A DNA stretch of 64,000 nt from Nemertoderma westbladi (taxonomy: Eukaryota > Animalia > Xenacoelomorpha): NCBI GenBank assembly GCA_032718475.1, contig JAUCBJ010007338.1:25450-89449 (forward strand), given 5' to 3'. Below the pieces are notes generated by a model that saw only the letters and a list, made by a program, of their open reading frames with translations, was not told the origin of the DNA and did no database searches. Within the stretch, counting starts at the first letter, position 1; each line of letters begins with the position of its first letter. The translations under genes were made by a program, and so were the position numbers. This document shows, piece by piece, positions 13,989 to 27,000 of the stretch.

Positions 13989-14796
13989 TGATCAACATTG
14001 AGGTTTCCAAGCTAAATTCTCACATGTGAATGAATAATATGTCACACACTTTAGGTATGTTGCTACATAGTCGGATCCCAAGTGGGGTTTCTCATCGGGC
14101 TTTAATGTGGATCAGTTGGCGAAAATCTTCAAAAGTTACTTACGAATGAATTTTTCATTACAGACAGACAAGCGGACAGAACGACCGACTGGAGATGAAA
14201 TTTTGCCCTATTTTTACTAATTGCAATTGTGCGCTAAGGCTTGCCCTGACTGCGTGACTCGTCCCACAGAACACCAAACTCTCCAACCAACTACACTCAA
14301 CTTTGACTCACTTTCACCCAACTACACTCCACTTCCACCCAACTACACCCAACTTTCACCCAACTACCCCCAACAACACCCAACTTTCACCCAATTCTCC
14401 ACCCAACTATCACCCAACTACAGTACATTCAACATTTTCTCACTTCCACCCAACTACACTTACCTTTCACCACTTTCTCGCAGGTCAGGATTTTTGAAAA
14501 TAAAAAATTATAAAGCAAATTATAAAATTGTCAAAAACCATACAAATCCTAATCTACGTCGCTTTTTTGGATGTGAAGATGAGTAGGACATACAGTACAA
14601 TATATCTAATGTTTAGTTCTGAGGCATAACAGCGAGAACATGCGAGCCACGTAGTAAAGGCGAGCCTTAACGCACTATGATAATTAGTAAATACTGGAAA
14701 ATTTATTTCGAGTTATTATCATATTCGAGTTAGTGAAATATTGAAACGAGGGACCGAAGTGAGATAAAAGTACATTATACACTATAATACGTTGTT

Positions 14797-14920
14797 TTAT
14801 TGTTAAATTTATTGATTACTTAACGCTCGTCTATGGACGAGCCGCAAATAATCCATCTATCTACTGTATTTACGGCTTGTCCAAGGACGAGCGTTAAGTA
14901 ATTCAGAAATTTAACAATAA
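14797..14920. repeat. ~125-bp imperfect palindrome (hairpin/MITE-like)
   Basis: ttattgttaaattt..attacttaacgctcgtc..ggacgagccg is the inverse of cggcttgtcc..gacgagcgttaagtaat..aaatttaacaataa. Confidence 0.8.
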
Positions 14921-16970
14921 CATATTATAATTATCCTTTATGTATCATATTACAAGAAAGATTGTAACATAGTCTTTATTTTCAACAGTTTTATTCTAAA
15001 CTTCGTGGCCTTTATATTAGTTTGATCTTATCTTTCGTTTATTATTTTGGTTCCATGATAAATTTATTATTCGCCTATATTATACAGAAAGTACTTTATT
15101 TGCTAACCATTAAGATTGGATCAGGGAGCCAAATGGAGTGTAAACTTGAGACATGTAAAATGTAATGAGAAATGTAAAAAGTTCTAAAATTATTTCTGTT
15201 GTTTCGTTAAAAATTAATTAATACAGTATAAAGGCCATAAAGTTTAAGATAAAGAAGCTGAAAATAATGTTACAGTTTTTTTTCTTGTATTCTATGATAC
15301 ATAAAGGATAATTACATTATTATAATTGCATTAAACATACTGTATAATATAGAACTTATGTCCATTAACTTTGTACGAATTATCTGCATTGCTATTCCCA
15401 CAGCAGAAGTTTCCAATAATGCGATTTCGTCGTTAAGGCTGTGACGATGACCCTCCTATGTATCAATACCGTTTTCATTTTCACCGCAATCCCACAGCGC
15501 CAGTTTAGTTTGTACTGTAGCTTAGTTTGGAGTTTTGATGCGTGGTATGTGTAGACATCTATAGGTATCTGGATCGTTCGTCAATAGTCTCTGTGTCTCT
15601 CCTTTGTATATTTATTGCTAAATTCATCAATTATTCTAGAATCAACCTGCAATAAAAATAAAATGTTAGTTAGTTATTTTCATAATTGCAGGGCAGTGAT
15701 GGCAAAATACAGCACGAGTACATGCAACTTTTAAAAGTTTATATCTCAGCAATTCCTCAAAGAAGTTCAGAGTTTGTTACTGTACATATTGTAATTTGTG
15801 GAAGATAGGTGCCATACAGTATAGTTTGGTGTAAGTTGGATGCTGTTGTGTTGAACGTTGAAGTTGGGTGTATTTGCAGAGTTGGGTGTAGATGGGTGGT
15901 ATAGTTGGGTGTAGTTGGTGAAAGTTGGGTGTAGCTGTGTGGTTGGGTGGTAGTTGGGTGAAAGTTGGGTGTAGTTGGGTGAAAGTTGGGTGTAGTTGGG
16001 TGTAGTTGGGTGAAAGTTGGGTGTAGTTGGGTGATTAGGCTGACCCTACTGGACTATGCCTATAGGTATTTCAGCAATAACTATCTGACTATTGCGTTTT
16101 GGATTACAATTAATTACATCCACACAGACAAACAGGCATACAAACAGACAACAACCCAAACCGCAATGATAATTACCTTTGCAGGCATTTCATATATATG
16201 CCGTATGTTTTTGTCTGTTTTTGTGTGTTTTTGTATGTTTTTGTGTGTTTTTGTGTGTTTTTGTGAGTTTTTGTGTGTTTTTGTGTGTTTTTGTGAGTTT
16301 TTGTGTGTTTTTGGTGTAAATAGACGTCCCCTAGCATAGACCTAATAACAATACAACAATAGAGTACTGTAGTTAAAATAAATAGACAAATTCAGCTGCG
16401 GTTGCCGGTATTACAGTATTATGGTGAAGTGATTTGACTGTTTGAAGAATTGGAAATGAGAATCTAATGCGAGCGCAGCGAGCGAAATTTTTTTGTGTAT
16501 TTTCGTGATTTCAATTAATTTGTGGTGCGCATCAGAGGCAGAGCTGCGCGCTGAGGCGCAACGCGCACCTGTCTCACACCCGAACTCGCACCTGTCTCAC
16601 CCAAACGCGCAACGCGCATCTGGTTTGCGGTCATTCGCGCAGGTACGCGTCCGAGTTTTGCAGCATGAATTCCAACCTGGGTGGTAGGTAGGCCTGTAGG
16701 CCTACCCAAACCATACAGCCATAGGATTGGTTAGTGTTGTACGTGTACCACCTAGCTGTGACAATATCCTGTACCATAACCTTATAGCTGTATAGCCATA
16801 GGCAAATTTTGTTATTAATTAATTTTAAATGTTATTATTTTAAATGCTGTTAATTTTCAAAGAGAGATGTATTGTTTGTTCTGCTTCTCTGAAAAATAAC
16901 AAAAAAAACGGCTTTTTTTCATAATAAATGTATATTAATATTATGATTATGTCTGATAGCCACTAGCCAG

Positions 16971-17585
16971 ATGCCAGAGTTGTCATAAATCCCGAAAAAT
17001 AATTTTATTCGGGATATTCGGTATATCCTGGGATATTGACCTCACAAGCGATGGACATATTATATGATCAGTAAAAAGTAAACAAAACTTGCTGACTTTC
17101 AGACTTTGCAGTGAAGTTATTTTCAGTTGTTCCAAATAATTGTTCAGTTGAAATAAATTTTCATGATTGCCGCAACTACCTTCTGTATCTCAGAAAAGGC
17201 AAACTTTGACCAGAAAGGTTATCCAAAATGGTGAAATGTTTGAAGGTTTTGAAAGTTAAAGCTGATAAAGAAAATTGCCCAACTGACTGACATTTGCCCA
17301 TTGCCAACTCAATAGAAATTTAAAACTGTTAAAATCACTCACTTGATGACTGACTCAATTGCTTTACTTTATAATAATTAGTAATATTGGGTAAATTGCA
17401 TAATATTGAGTAAAGAGTAAAGAACCTAAAATAATATTGAGTAAATCATATGTAAACAACGTAAATGAATAAAATTAACATGTAGGCCTATAATTGAGTA
17501 CTTTTATAAGATCCCGGTATATCCCATGATATCAGAATCAGACCCAAAATCCCGGGATATACGAGGTATATACTAGGACATTATG
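16971..17585 (+). mobile_element. Degenerate hAT-derived remnant carrying a dimerization-domain fragment
   Basis: ~17050-17240 reads W....LAD/FAVKLFSVVPNNCSVE..F..RN...ERLSKMV, resembling the hAT C-terminal dimerization motif. Subterminal ATCCCG/CGGGAT motifs. CTAGCCAG flanks both sides (16963-16970, 17586-17593), but the TIRs are degenerate. Confidence 0.45.
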
Positions 17586-18027
17586 CTAGCCAGTCGCAGT
17601 CAGCTATCATTTTTCAAGTACTCATTGTCAGATTGTATCTTCACAGACCTCGGTGGTAAAGGGAGATTGCCAATTCACAAAGGGAATGTTTCTATTTGTA
17701 TTGAATTTTATCGAATTACTTTTCTGGAATTTATTTTAATTTCCTTGAGGGATCCACAATATATTTACAGCAAAATACAGAAATATGATGGTTTTTGCGT
17801 TTTTCTCGAACTGATACTTTTTGGTACCGGTAAGTGTTCATCTGGCTCTATCGCCCTCTATGACTCTATGATCACGATCTGACGATATAATATAATATAG
17901 CTGCCTAATTCTGTAGTTCAAGTTTATTTTAACCTGTGAGCTTACTTCACAGTCACACCCGTATTATGTGATATATGATATTATTTGGATCTATATAAAG
18001 ACGTTCCTTTATTCTGTTTAATTCACA

Positions 18028-21000
18028 ATGGAGAAAACACTAACACTGGAAAGTTTGTTTGGAGCCCCGGCAGCGCAATATATGTGGCCACTCCCTATGA
18101 GCGAAAAACAAGATGGTGCCATAGAAATTGTGGAGACTATTCGATGGGTTTGCCAAGACTTCCCGGAACTAAATGCAGCTGTTGATAACCATATACTTAA
18201 GGACTATGACACCCATGATTACCACAGTATGCGTAATATATGCGAACGGTACAATCGAGCCGTGGCGGCAATACTAGATACATGGCTCGGTTCCAACCGC
18301 TACAAACGGATACCAGAACGCGCCAGCAGCGGTTTACTTAAACACATCCTCAACCAGGTCTATACACACGCTGTTTGTGATCCCGATAAACTCAATGTCT
18401 ACGAGCCGTTCAGCCCTGAGGTTTATGGGGAGACGAGTTACGACCTTGTGAAGAAAATGTTGGAGACGATAGCGATCCGAGAGACGGATACCTTTATCGA
18501 TCTAGGGAGCGGAGTGGGTCAAGTTGTCCTGCAGATCGCCGCCTCCACAGAATGCCGTTTCTCCTTCGGAATTGAACGAGCTGAAACTCCCTCAAGCTAT
18601 GCCATCAACATGGAGAGAGAGTTCCGTAAATGGATGGCCTGGTACGGCAAATCCTACGGAGAGTTTAAACTCGAGAAGGGAGACTTTCTGGACGATTCTA
18701 TGAGTGATCGAATCGCCAATGCCTCTGTTGTCTTTGTGAATAACTATGCATTCGGACCCATCGTCAATCATCAATTAAAACTTCGTTTCGCCAACATGAA
18801 GGAATCCGCTCGGATTGTTTCCTCTAAGGAGTTTGTTCGTCCCAACTTCCGTATAACTTCTCGCGCTCTCTCTGATATCTCCTCAATAATGAGGGTTACC
18901 GAGATAGAAGGGATGCGCGGTAGTGTGAGTTGGACTGTTACGCCGGTCTCCTACTACCTACACACCATCGACAGGACGCAACTCGAGTTGTACTTCAAGG
19001 AGAACCGCGAACGTGGCAGCCACAGGGGGCGAGGGGAGGCTGACTTCGAGACGGACACCTCGGACACCGGGAGCAGCTCGCTGCGGGGCTACCAACGGAG
19101 GCAGGAAGGGGGCGGCGATGGGGGGCTGGTCGGGGATAGTGCCACCGTGTCCGAGACGAGTAGCTCGGTAGCTGAACTCTGTGATGATATTGTCTGGGGC
19201 CCGACGACCCGGCGTCAGTGGAAGCAGTTAGTAGCCCAAGAGAGCCATCAGAAGGAAGATAAGAGTAAGTCCAGGGGACTACCCTTGCAGACTATAAAGG
19301 AGCATCGCGAGAAATCTACTACGAAAAAATCAATTCTCTTGAAAAATAATAAGAATGCGAAGGAAACAAGCAAGAAGAATGTAATGTCAGGCAACAACCT
19401 TATTGCTTTGGATTTACTCCATAGAGAGACAATAAATAGTACGAGGTCTCCTTGCCCCATAAGTGACGTCATTGATGATGATGTCGAGGAGAAACCGAAT
19501 GTTATTGTCTCAGAACCACAGGATAATGAGTTCAATAGATTTATGGGGAACCTCAGGAATTTATATGCGTCTTATTTTGAGAAAATTAAGAATCCAAACT
19601 TCGTCGAAATAATCCAAAAAAAGATTGAAGCCGAAAAGGAGAAGCAGAAAGCCTTGGTTTACAAACAGGCGGTTTTAAGCAGACAGATAGACAGTCTGAG
19701 GAAAGAATCAGTTGATCTTCTACAGGATAAGTTATTGGGTTTAGGTATCAGTGCAGCTAATCCTCAACAAATAATAGATCAGGCGCAAACTATTATTGAG
19801 AAACACCGGGATTTAACTGAAAAGGTGGAAATAGCTGAAACACAATTACAGTTTGCTGAGAATGAAAACCACCGTCTTAATAAGTTGCTGAAGGTTGAAG
19901 CTAAACAACTTCCGGCTGATACATTCCGGAAGAGTGACTTAAAGAGTCAGTTGAATAAACTAGAAACGGATGTTTCCACATGGGAGAGGTTTGAAGCAAA
20001 GTTGAAGCAAAAAGTGGTTGCAGAGAAAGAGCGACTGCCCCTGGCTTCCCCCAAGGGGGTTCCACACAGACAGAGATCGCCCTCTAGCACCCCCAGTCCC
20101 CGCACACCCCAAATGTTCTCCGTCGAATCTCTGATAACCAGTCAGTATCAGAGTACATTCTTTAATAATCCCCAGTCGCTGCATCCTGTCCAACGACTCA
20201 GTGATGTGATGCAACCAGATGTAGTGGGGATTCAACCGAGAGAGATGCCATTCGGCTACTCACAACAAGCCACCTTGTTCGGACAACCTCAACTTCATAT
20301 AATTTCTCCTGATTCTATTAAACGCAAACGAGATTCTTCCTCGTCATCAAGAAAATCTCCTAAAATTGCGGCTCGATCAAAGTCTCCTGGACGAAGTGGT
20401 TCTGCTAGGGAATCTACATTGGCTTACTCCGACATCGCCCAAGGTTCCTCACATCCCTATGTCATCAGAAAAATCCGTAACGAAGGATTTCCTCCCAGTC
20501 CTGTAACCACGCAGACAAGTGTTATTGCGCCTGCAGTCACGGCCATACGGGAAGGGGACCCCGCCGATGCCGAGGTCGCGCGAGTTCTGGCATCCACACG
20601 AGTGACGAGCTGCTCATCGAGGATAACGACGCCGTCGCCAAGGTTGATGCCGATAAAACAGCGAATTCTTGGTTGTAAAGAAGAGACAAGAACTCCCATC
20701 CCTATGTCCCTGGAGGATAAAGTATCTTTAATGACTCAGCGAAGTGATAGTTTGCCATATAGTGAAGGAAGCCAAGTTACAGAACTTATGTATTGCAAAA
20801 TCATAGAAGAACCCGATGCTACCCTTGATTCTATTATGGGTGTTTCGCTTGAGCCAGTTTCAGGTGCTTCTGGTATCGGTACTTCCCTTCACCATAATTC
20901 ATCTACCATTTCCAAAGGGACCGATGAGGAACATAAATCCCCACAAATCGTTATCCCTGACAGTTCCGTCAGTAAGGCCACCATGGTCTATGATGATCCC

Positions 21001-24000
21001 GTAAGTGATCCGGTTCCAATAGCGACTTCAGCACAACATATTAAGTTAATTAATGAGGTTTCTAAGTCAACTACGATTTATGAACAAGGTAGACCTCTTG
21101 ATGGCGTTCCTAAAGCTATCGATAATATCACCAACACCGTTTATGCAATCAGTACGCCTGATCTTACTGAAAGTGAAAATATATCCAAAGCAGTAGTTTC
21201 TCAATCTAGTGGTTTAGAACCAGTATTACCAGTTAATATTGAAGACATCAGAAACCTCCATAATGCTAATGCAGTTTCAAGTTCAATTTCAGATGAAAAC
21301 CAACTTGGCATTGTTCCAAAGGTAAACTTTTCAGATGGGATTGTTCAATTGACAAAGACATATATTAACGAAAGCATTGAGCCAATAACTATTTCTGATG
21401 GTAGGAAGTCCAAATCGACCGTTTGTACTAATTTATCTGTTCCTGATGTCAACAAAAATAATTATCCTGATGATATTATTAAATCCATTGATGATTTTGC
21501 TATAACTACTTCTGTTGTTGGTGCACAAAACATCAGCGATTCTGACAGATATCTTGCTGATAAAGTCGAAAACAAAGTACCGGTATGTAATTCTATGTCC
21601 AACTTGGCTCCCCACAGCATGCCCAGATTACCCGAGAAAAAGGTGCCAGTGAGTGATAGTTATGAGCAACATGAAACTACATTACCTACAATTGTTGCAA
21701 GCGAAACCTCCCAACAAATACAGCCGCATGTTTCAATGCCTCAAAAGGATTCCATAGACTTCCAAAATCTGGATATTCCTCAGGTTAAATCTGGTTTTAT
21801 TAAACCAGTTGTTTCGGATATGGATCCGTGTAAGCAAAAGATATCTCAAGACCTTACTATACAATCAGTTAACAAGAGTGGGGAAATTAAGGGTGAAATT
21901 GGTCTACCTCAAACAGTCAGGGATGTTAGTGAGCTACAAGTTGAGGATGAAAACAAAACTACTGTATCTGAGAAACAACAGACAAGAGGCAAATCTGAAC
22001 AGCAAATTGATATCCCAGTAGCTGAACTTGATCAGGCAGCAAATGACATTATTATTGAGCCAGAAAATATTCTTGCTACTATCGACCAATGCGTTGAAGG
22101 GTTGCAGCCAGCTGACATTGACAATGGTTCAGGCGGCGAAAGCATAAATGGAAATGATGACACTGTATCTGGGAGAAAAAAAGCGAAACTACGTGGAAAA
22201 AAGGGGAAAGCAAAGAAATCGAAAACTAAACTTCGACAAGTACCTTCTGGTGCAGATCAATTAGTGAGTAGTAATAAATCACAGACAGAAATTAGCCAAG
22301 AGCAAATGGATTCCAACCAAAATAATACAGACAACCTTGAAGAACATATTGATTGTCAACAGACAGATGGTCATGTAGACATCAGCAAGGACCAAATAAA
22401 TAGTAATTCATTCCAGATAGATTCCACTCCCATCCAAATAGATGATACTAAAGACCTGGCAGCCCCAACAAGTCAAGAAGAAATTGAAAATCTACAGCCG
22501 AAATCTAATTTTGTAGATTCGAGTGCAGTTGATATTGGGGATGATTCCAATTTGTTAGGAGGAAAAGGTTATAATATATCGAATGATGAAGTTTTTCAGT
22601 CAGTTGAAAGTTTGGACGAATCACCGCCTGTGAGAAAAACGAGGTCACAATCTAACCTTGGAAAAGCTACAATAGGAAAGAGCACAACAAAACAACAGCA
22701 ATTGAAATTGAAATTTAAGAAATCCAAGGGGAAAAAGGAAACTGGAGATCAAGGTGAAGATGAGGACTTGAGGGCTCTAAGTAGTTATTCTCCCAGTCTT
22801 CCTGGAGTTGAAAAGCAGACTGGGAAACAGGGTCGGAAGAAATCGGTAATACAAAATGAGTCTGTTATTACTGATGATCATTCACTCAATGTTAGTGACC
22901 AGAAAGAAGCGAAGGTGGAGACACCTCGACAACTGCGACCAAGAAAACGCAGTGGCGTGAGGATTCTAGAATCTAGTGATGCTTCCCCAAAGACACCTGA
23001 ACTGAAAGAACTTAGTGCAATACAGTCACCTAAGCAACAAATTCCTGACATACAATCGGGTAAATCATTGCCCGAAAAATCTCCCACTCGTGGAAGGCAG
23101 GAAGACAAGATAGAAGAATCGGCACAAGTCGAACTTGAAGAAAATATTTTAGATCCCATTGATAAAACGCCCCCCGAACCGGAAACTGATACTCGGAAAA
23201 AACTTCGTCCAAGGAATCGGAAACAGTCTTCTGCAATACCTAATTTACCTGAGAACAATGCAAAGTCTGTGAGAAAACAAAACCGAGTAGCGGTTCTCGC
23301 TCCTTCAATTGAAAGCGTCCCACTGGAAGTCTCTACAGTGAAACTTCCTGCAACTGATGGGGAAGACAAAACGGTTGCTATGGATGTTGATGCAAAACAT
23401 GGTCGTAGTTTGTTAGATGAAAAGGTATCACCTGGTGCACAGCTTCCTGTTGAACCTATTGAAGATAAACTACTATTGAAACCAGTTTGTGAAGGGCCAG
23501 AGCAAAAGAGTGATCAAATGTCCCCTGATAAGCATGAAAATGTACAACCAGAACAAAATGACTTGAAGATAAATTCACTACTTTCTTCGAATCACGAATC
23601 AAGAGACAATTCAATACCGGTAACAAACGTTGCTGATAAAAAAGATTCATTAACATTGCAACATTCAAAGCAAATTTCTTCAACATTCGCTGCTGATGAA
23701 ATTCGGATAACAACGCAAACAAAATATGCCGTCAATGTAGAAAGTTCACTAACTAAGCCAAACATTTCCGAAAGTAAAGATATGCTACATCTGATACGAG
23801 CCCTAGAATATAGTAGTGATAAAACTCAACAAATGTCCTCAAACCGCAATGATTATGCAGTGGAACCCATCGACGAAATGACTAAAGATATTGCTGGGGA
23901 AGTCCAGGACGTAGAAGTTACTGAGAAGTCACCAATTAATCACTTACAGTCTACTGATGAATTGTTTGACACCGAGGTGCCTTTGCATAGAGCCCCTGGA

Positions 24001-27000
24001 ATTCTTTCTCTTGAAACAAGTGGGACAACTGATAAGGGTAGTGCCACAACAGCTGTTACAGATGGGATAATGCCACTGAGTAATGCCACAACAGTTGTTA
24101 CAGATGGGACTACGCCGTTGGGTAATACCACAACATATGTTACAGATGGGACAACGCCATTGAGTAGTGCCACAACAGCTGGAACAAATTGGACAACACC
24201 GCTGCGTAATGCCACAACAGATGTTACAGATGGGACAACGCCGCTGGGTAATGCCACAACAGATGTTACAGATGGGACTACGCCGTTGGGTAATGCCATA
24301 ACAGCTGTTACAGATGGGACAACGCCACTGGATGATGCCACAACAGCTGTTACAGATGGGACAATGCCACTGGGTAATACCGAAACACCTGGTAAAGTTG
24401 GGACAATGCCACTGGATGATGCCACAACAGCTGTTACAGATGGGACTACGCCGTTGGGTAATGCCATAACAGCTGTTATAGATGGGACAACGCCACTGGG
24501 TGATGCCACAACAGCTGTTACAGATGGGACAATGCCAATGGGTAATACCGAAACACCTGGTAAAGATAGGACAATGCCACTGGGTGATGCCACAACAGCT
24601 GGTGAAGATGGGACAACTTCGCTTGATATTGCCACTACAGCTGGTTCAGTTGGCCTTTGTAATTCAGAATCCCACCAGAACCAAATAGAACATGACGAGG
24701 TTCTACAACATGCAAATACTGATCTATATGATTCTTCGAAATTCGACAATACTCGTACTGAAGTTGATACAACAGTTGTTTCTGACAAATGTAAGTCTCC
24801 AGTCCGCCCCCTTGCAACATGGCATTCATATGCAGATGAATTTACCTCTAAAGATTCAAGAAAGGCTGTAGAAATTGAAAGTCGAGAAAGCGGCACTGGA
24901 GAACTATCGGGTAATTTTCGAATCCCCAAAAAGCAAAGTATCCAGCCTACAACAGATGGCTGCAACGACAGGCCGAATGTATCTGAAACATCATCCCATT
25001 CCACTTCATTTTCGCAAAGTCATGTTTCTGCTCCGGCCTCACCGTGTCGTAAAGGTCATCTCCCATGGATTGATAAACATGGTCTGCATAGCTCTCCCCG
25101 TTCACATGCTCTCAAAGGTGATGCATTACTTACACTGAAAGGTGGTAAGTTGTCCGGCAAGGATAAAACCGCACCAAATAAGCCAGTTGGTATTGTTATT
25201 AAGCCATCATCATCGTCAACTGCACAGCCAATTGAATATGAAGAACCGAAAACTTACAAGGAGTACCGCGAGCTCAAGGAGAAGGGTGTTCTCCCCACAA
25301 ATCCAACAAAGGATAAAGGCGGAAAGCAAAGTGAAACTAAAAGTAAAAAAACTGATGTTGATGGGAAACTACACTCAAGTATCAGTCCAAGCAAGCCGTT
25401 GGCCAAAGCAGAACAGGCTAAACAACATCATGAGCAGGGGGAACATCATGGAAAACATCGTCATGAACCGATTAAAACTCATGACATTGCAAAGCATAAA
25501 CAAACTGAGGCTGAGTTGCGACACAATCACCGGTCTAATACTAAACTATATAAATCGCATGAAGACTCATCCAGCACACAGACTGACCCCAGAATCGAAT
25601 CTAATAAATTGCCTGGAGATATCGATTCATCCAATTCAAATTTAGATCCATCCCACCGAGGTGAAAGGATGTTACACGATGGTAGTTGGAAGGACCAAAC
25701 CTCTAGTGTTGAGGGTCATTCTGTACCAACTAAAGATGAAAAGCCAAGAAGAGAGAAAACTTTTGAAGAATTTCGTAAAGAACAATATATGGAGGCTGAG
25801 CGATGTGTTGTGAAGGATCCCCAGCAATTTATTCACTCAAAATATGGTGGAGAATATTCTCATCCGCATTTCTCTCAAAGGAATCCCCATCTACAACAAC
25901 GCTACCCTCGCCAACGCAGTCCTAATACGTATCAAAGATATCCGCAGTATAACCAAAACATCCGTAAACCTTACCCACAACACCATAGCCCAAACCTGCA
26001 GAAACCTTACCCACAAAATCGTAGCCCAAACCTGCAGAAACCTTACCCACAAAATCGTAGCCCAAACCTACAGAACGTACGTTTCCCCTACCGCAACCCA
26101 AATCTCCACCATAAAGTTCCCCCTTCCCACAGCCCAACTCTCCATTCACACTTGCTACAACGCGGTCCCAACATACCATCCCGTTTCTCCCAACACAGTC
26201 CCAACTATTCGCCGCGGTTTTCATCCGGTGTCTCTCGCCCTGGTGACACCAGGGGGAACACGTGGTCTTCGCTCAACATTCCTACGTCAACAACCGCCAG
26301 ACAATATCAGACCAAAGTCCCAACGGCAACCACTTCCTACCTGTCATATGCCACCCAAGTGGAAACAACATCCTACACAACCAAACCAGAGGAAGCCACG
26401 TCCTACACGTATACCAATCCCGATAAGTCGGATTATTCGCAGATTTCATACGCTTCTTATTTCAGTCAAACTCCGCCCCCACAACAATCCTACTTAGCTA
26501 CATACGCCTCTAGCGATAAGGACGCCGTGCCAGATAATACAACAACATCGTATGCTAGTCTAATGGACCCGCTAACATACCAGCTGACCGGCGCAGCCAT
26601 TCCCACGACCTACAGTGTGAGTAACGCGGTTCCCGCTACAGACAACCGAACTTACCAAACTGCTTCCTACTTGGAGTCGCAGGCCCAAGAATCTTGTCTG
26701 TTGATGACGTCACAACTTCCCGCAGAGATTCCAACGTATCCGTCGGCTGTAGCCCCCGCAGCACCAGTACCGGCGGTGTCCACCGCATCATCCTACCTAC
26801 TGCCCCCGCAACCGGTGCCCCCTGTCACCCCCCTAGACAGTCTGTACAATAACGCTCAACAGGCCGCTCAAATGATAATCCAATCAACTATCCTAAACCA
26901 GAACATTCGTCAACTAGACCAGCACCTACAGTCAGTGCTGAAACTGAAACAGCAGGAGGCCTTGGTGTCTGGGGGGGTTGCCCAGGAGACACGAGACCCC

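Larger units (their letters stand above)
12079..16045. mobile_element. Foldback-type element 2 (9-bp TSD, GG termini, ~0.8-0.9 kb TIRs)
   Basis: Termini GGTCAGCCTAA / TTAGGCTGACC. TSD CTACTGGAC at 12070-12078 and 16046-16054. 12079-~13105 is the inverse of ~15170-16045. (CACCCAACTA/CTTT)n arrays lie at both ends and internally at 14280-14470. Confidence 0.85.
9447..16331. mobile_element. Foldback-type element 1 (MULE-like, 10-bp TSD, ~660-bp TIRs); its right TIR is split by element 2
   Basis: Termini GGGGACGTCTATTTACACC / GGTGTAAATAGACGTCCCC. TSD TAGCATAGAC at 9437-9446 and 16332-16341. Left TIR 9447-10104 is the inverse of 11714-12078 plus 16046-16331. Confidence 0.85.
8884..16680. mobile_element. 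Non-autonomous TIR DNA transposon (hAT-like, 8-bp TSD); outer layer of a nest
   Basis: Perfect 18-bp TIR CCAGGTTGGAATTCATGC (8884-8901) / GCATGAATTCCAACCTGG (16663-16680). TSD GTGGTAGG at 8876-8883 and 16681-16688. Subterminal CGCGCA(G/C) motifs occur at both ends. Confidence 0.85.

Noticed and set aside
23940-25004. 354-aa antisense ORF within DOT1L (and other shadow ORFs over DOT1L, NAGLU and gag)
   Set aside because: Mirror of the coding strand and its 42-bp repeat; no independent support.
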